Shown here one piece after another: positions 62,361-64,000 of a stretch of DNA of 64,000 nt; positions within the stretch are counted from its first letter, which is position 1, and every line of letters begins with the position of its first letter. The notes under the pieces are model-generated. The model was given only the letters and a program-made list of their open reading frames with translations, had not been told where the DNA came from and did not search any database. The stretch spans positions 64,001 to 128,000 of the forward strand of contig CAWAHW010000001.1 of NCBI GenBank assembly GCA_963781885.1. The letters are read 5' to 3'. This stretch comes from an uncultured Spirochaetota bacterium. GTDB lineage: Bacteria > Spirochaetota > Spirochaetia > SZUA-6 > Fen-1364. The position numbers were made by a program, and so were the translations under genes.

Positions 62361-63780
62361 ATGAAGCCCCGGACATTCTTCGCGTCGCTGGACGCTGAAA
62401 GCAGCCGCGCCAACTCCCTGCTCTGCGTGGGTCTCGACCCGGCGCTGGACGTGCCCGCAACGGAGCTTTTCCCGCGCATGGCCGCGATCATCGATGCCAC
62501 CGCCACCTTTGCCTGCGCGTTCAAACCGAACAGCGCGTTCTACGAGGCGCGCGGCATTGAGGGCTGGACGGCTCTGCAGAAGCTGATCGCGCACGCGCAT
62601 GAGGCGGGGCGTCCCGTCATCCTGGACGCCAAGCGCGGCGACATCGCTTCCACCGCGGATGCCTACGCGCAGGCCTGCTTCGACGTGCTGGGCGCCGATG
62701 CCGTCACCGCCAGCCCGCTCCTTGGCGCTGACAGCGTTGCAAGCTTTGCCCGACGCGGCGACAAGGGTGTTTTCCTCCTCTGCCACACCTCCAATCCCGG
62801 TGCGCGCGACCTGCAGGAGCGCGACGTTGAGGGCAGGCCGCTTTTTCTGCATATTGCGGCCGAAGCTCAGAAATGGAATGCGCAGGGAAACGTGGGGCTC
62901 GTGGTCGGTGCGACATACCCCGAGACCGTGAGCAGGGTACGCGCGGCAGCGCCCGGCATGTGGATCCTGCTGCCCGGGGGTGGGCACGCAGGGTGGAGAC
63001 CTGGAGACGAGCCTCGCCGCCGGGCTGAACGGGCAGGGCAGCGGCGTGCTCGTCAATGTCTCCCGCGCCATTTGCCAGGCGCCGGATCCCGCGAGGGCTG
63101 CCCGCGAATACCGCGACAGGATCAACGCGGCACGGGCTGCCGCGCGCGCGCAACCGGCCGCGGGGCTCGCGTCGGACACCGCACGCTTGCTCGCGGACGA
63201 CGTGGCGCTTGGCCTCCACGCGCTCGGCGCGGTCAGGTTCGGGGAGTTCACGCTGAAGTCCGGCCAGAAGTCGCCCCTGTACATCGACCTGCGTCTCCTC
63301 GTGAGCGATCCTGCTCTCATGTCAGTGGTGGCCCGCGCCATGGCAGGTATCCTGGCGACGCTTCAGTTCGACAGGATCGCCGCGATTCCCTACGGCGGCC
63401 TTCCCATCGGCCAGGCGGTGTCCCTTGCGGCGGGAAAGCCGCTCATTTACCCGCGCCGGGAAGCGAAGGACTATGGCACGAAGAAGCTGATCGAGGGAAA
63501 ATACGAGAAGGGAGAGACTGTCGTCGTGCTCGACGACCTGGTGACCACGGGGGGCAGCAAGCTGGAAGCCCTCGCACCTCTCACCGATGCGGGCCTCTCC
63601 GTGCGCGACGTCGTGGTGGTCGTGGACCGGGAGCAGGGCGGCGCCCGGGAGCTTGCCGAACACGGCCTGCGCCTCCACGCGGTGCTCAGCCTGAGCGAGC
63701 TGCTGGACGCCCTCGTGCGGCATGGACGCGTCACCGGCAAGGTGCGGGAAGATGTGCGCGCAGCCCTCGGAATCGCCTGA
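62361..63780 (+). CDS. pyrF-pyrE: Fused orotidine-5'-phosphate decarboxylase / orotate phosphoribosyltransferase (frameshift in G-run near 62975)
   Basis: [40 protein letters not shown] | G.QGGD, NVSRAI, then without a stop [31 protein letters not shown]. Confidence 0.9.
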
Positions 63781-64000
63781 TCTCTCCTGCCGGATCGCGG
63801 GGGTCCGGCTGGGCTCTCCACTCGTGCTCGCATCCGGCATCTGGGGCACGTCGCCGTCCCTCCTCGTGCGCGCGGCAAAGAGCGGCGCAGGGGCCGTCAC
63901 CGCAAAGACCTGCACGCCGGAACCCCGACGCGGCCACCGCAACCCGAGCGCCGTTGACTGGGGACACGGCCTCCTGAATGCGATGGGCCTGCCGAACCCC
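63752..64000 (+). CDS. pyrD: Dihydroorotate dehydrogenase (5' part; runs off window)
   Basis: Manual translation: [23 protein letters not shown]...[18 protein letters not shown]...[10 protein letters not shown]; start approximate. Confidence 0.88.
   Translation, partial: MCAQPSESPDLSCRIAGVRLGSPLVLASGIWGTSPSLLVRAAKSGAGAVTAKTCTPEPRRGHRNPSAVDWGHGLLNAMGLPNP

Noticed and set aside
62965-62990. Programmed frameshift or phase variation in pyrF
   Set aside because: The shift splits the conserved PG(V/I)GxQGG motif of a core enzyme at a G-run, in an assembly with many similar indels; error is more likely.
60414-63341. 975-aa minus-strand ORF and similar long ORFs (2569-4194, 16070-17596, 45729-47408, 58836-60410)
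   Set aside because: Antisense or alternate-frame shadows of well-supported genes, expected in high-GC DNA; no recognisable motifs.

Overview
GC-rich bacterial chromosome segment, most consistent with an uncultured Spirochaetia (inferred from spirochaetal-type lipoboxes and gene content; not proven). Housekeeping and metabolic genes: M20 amidohydrolase, proBA, sigma-54-driven amtB-glnK, two hybrid histidine kinases, fabV, PPi-PFK, deoxynucleoside kinase, an ABC exporter pair, SMUG1, fhs, pepF, fused pyrF-pyrE and pyrD. A cobalamin-riboswitch operon (btuF-cobQ-cbiR-cobU-cobT-cobS) encodes cobamide salvage and remodelling. There is also a VTE5/VTE6-like prenol kinase pair. Two accessory regions have visibly lower GC. 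The first (about 25.0-36.4 kb) has two convergent operons, each pairing a membrane-anchored Cys-protease-fold protein (caspase-PEGA; beta-barrel + transglutaminase-like + TPR) with beta-propeller lipoproteins. These include a mosaic tandem duplicate with variable 48-aa blades, and this region is the best candidate for an undescribed system. The second (about 53.2-58.5 kb) has gene remnants, a divergent NadD-like gene and two SH3-tailed secreted paralogs. About 20 single-base frameshifts interrupt otherwise intact genes, probably long-read indel errors. No rRNA, tRNA, CRISPR array, integrase or transposase was recognised. All product calls come from motif recognition by eye; no database search was run.
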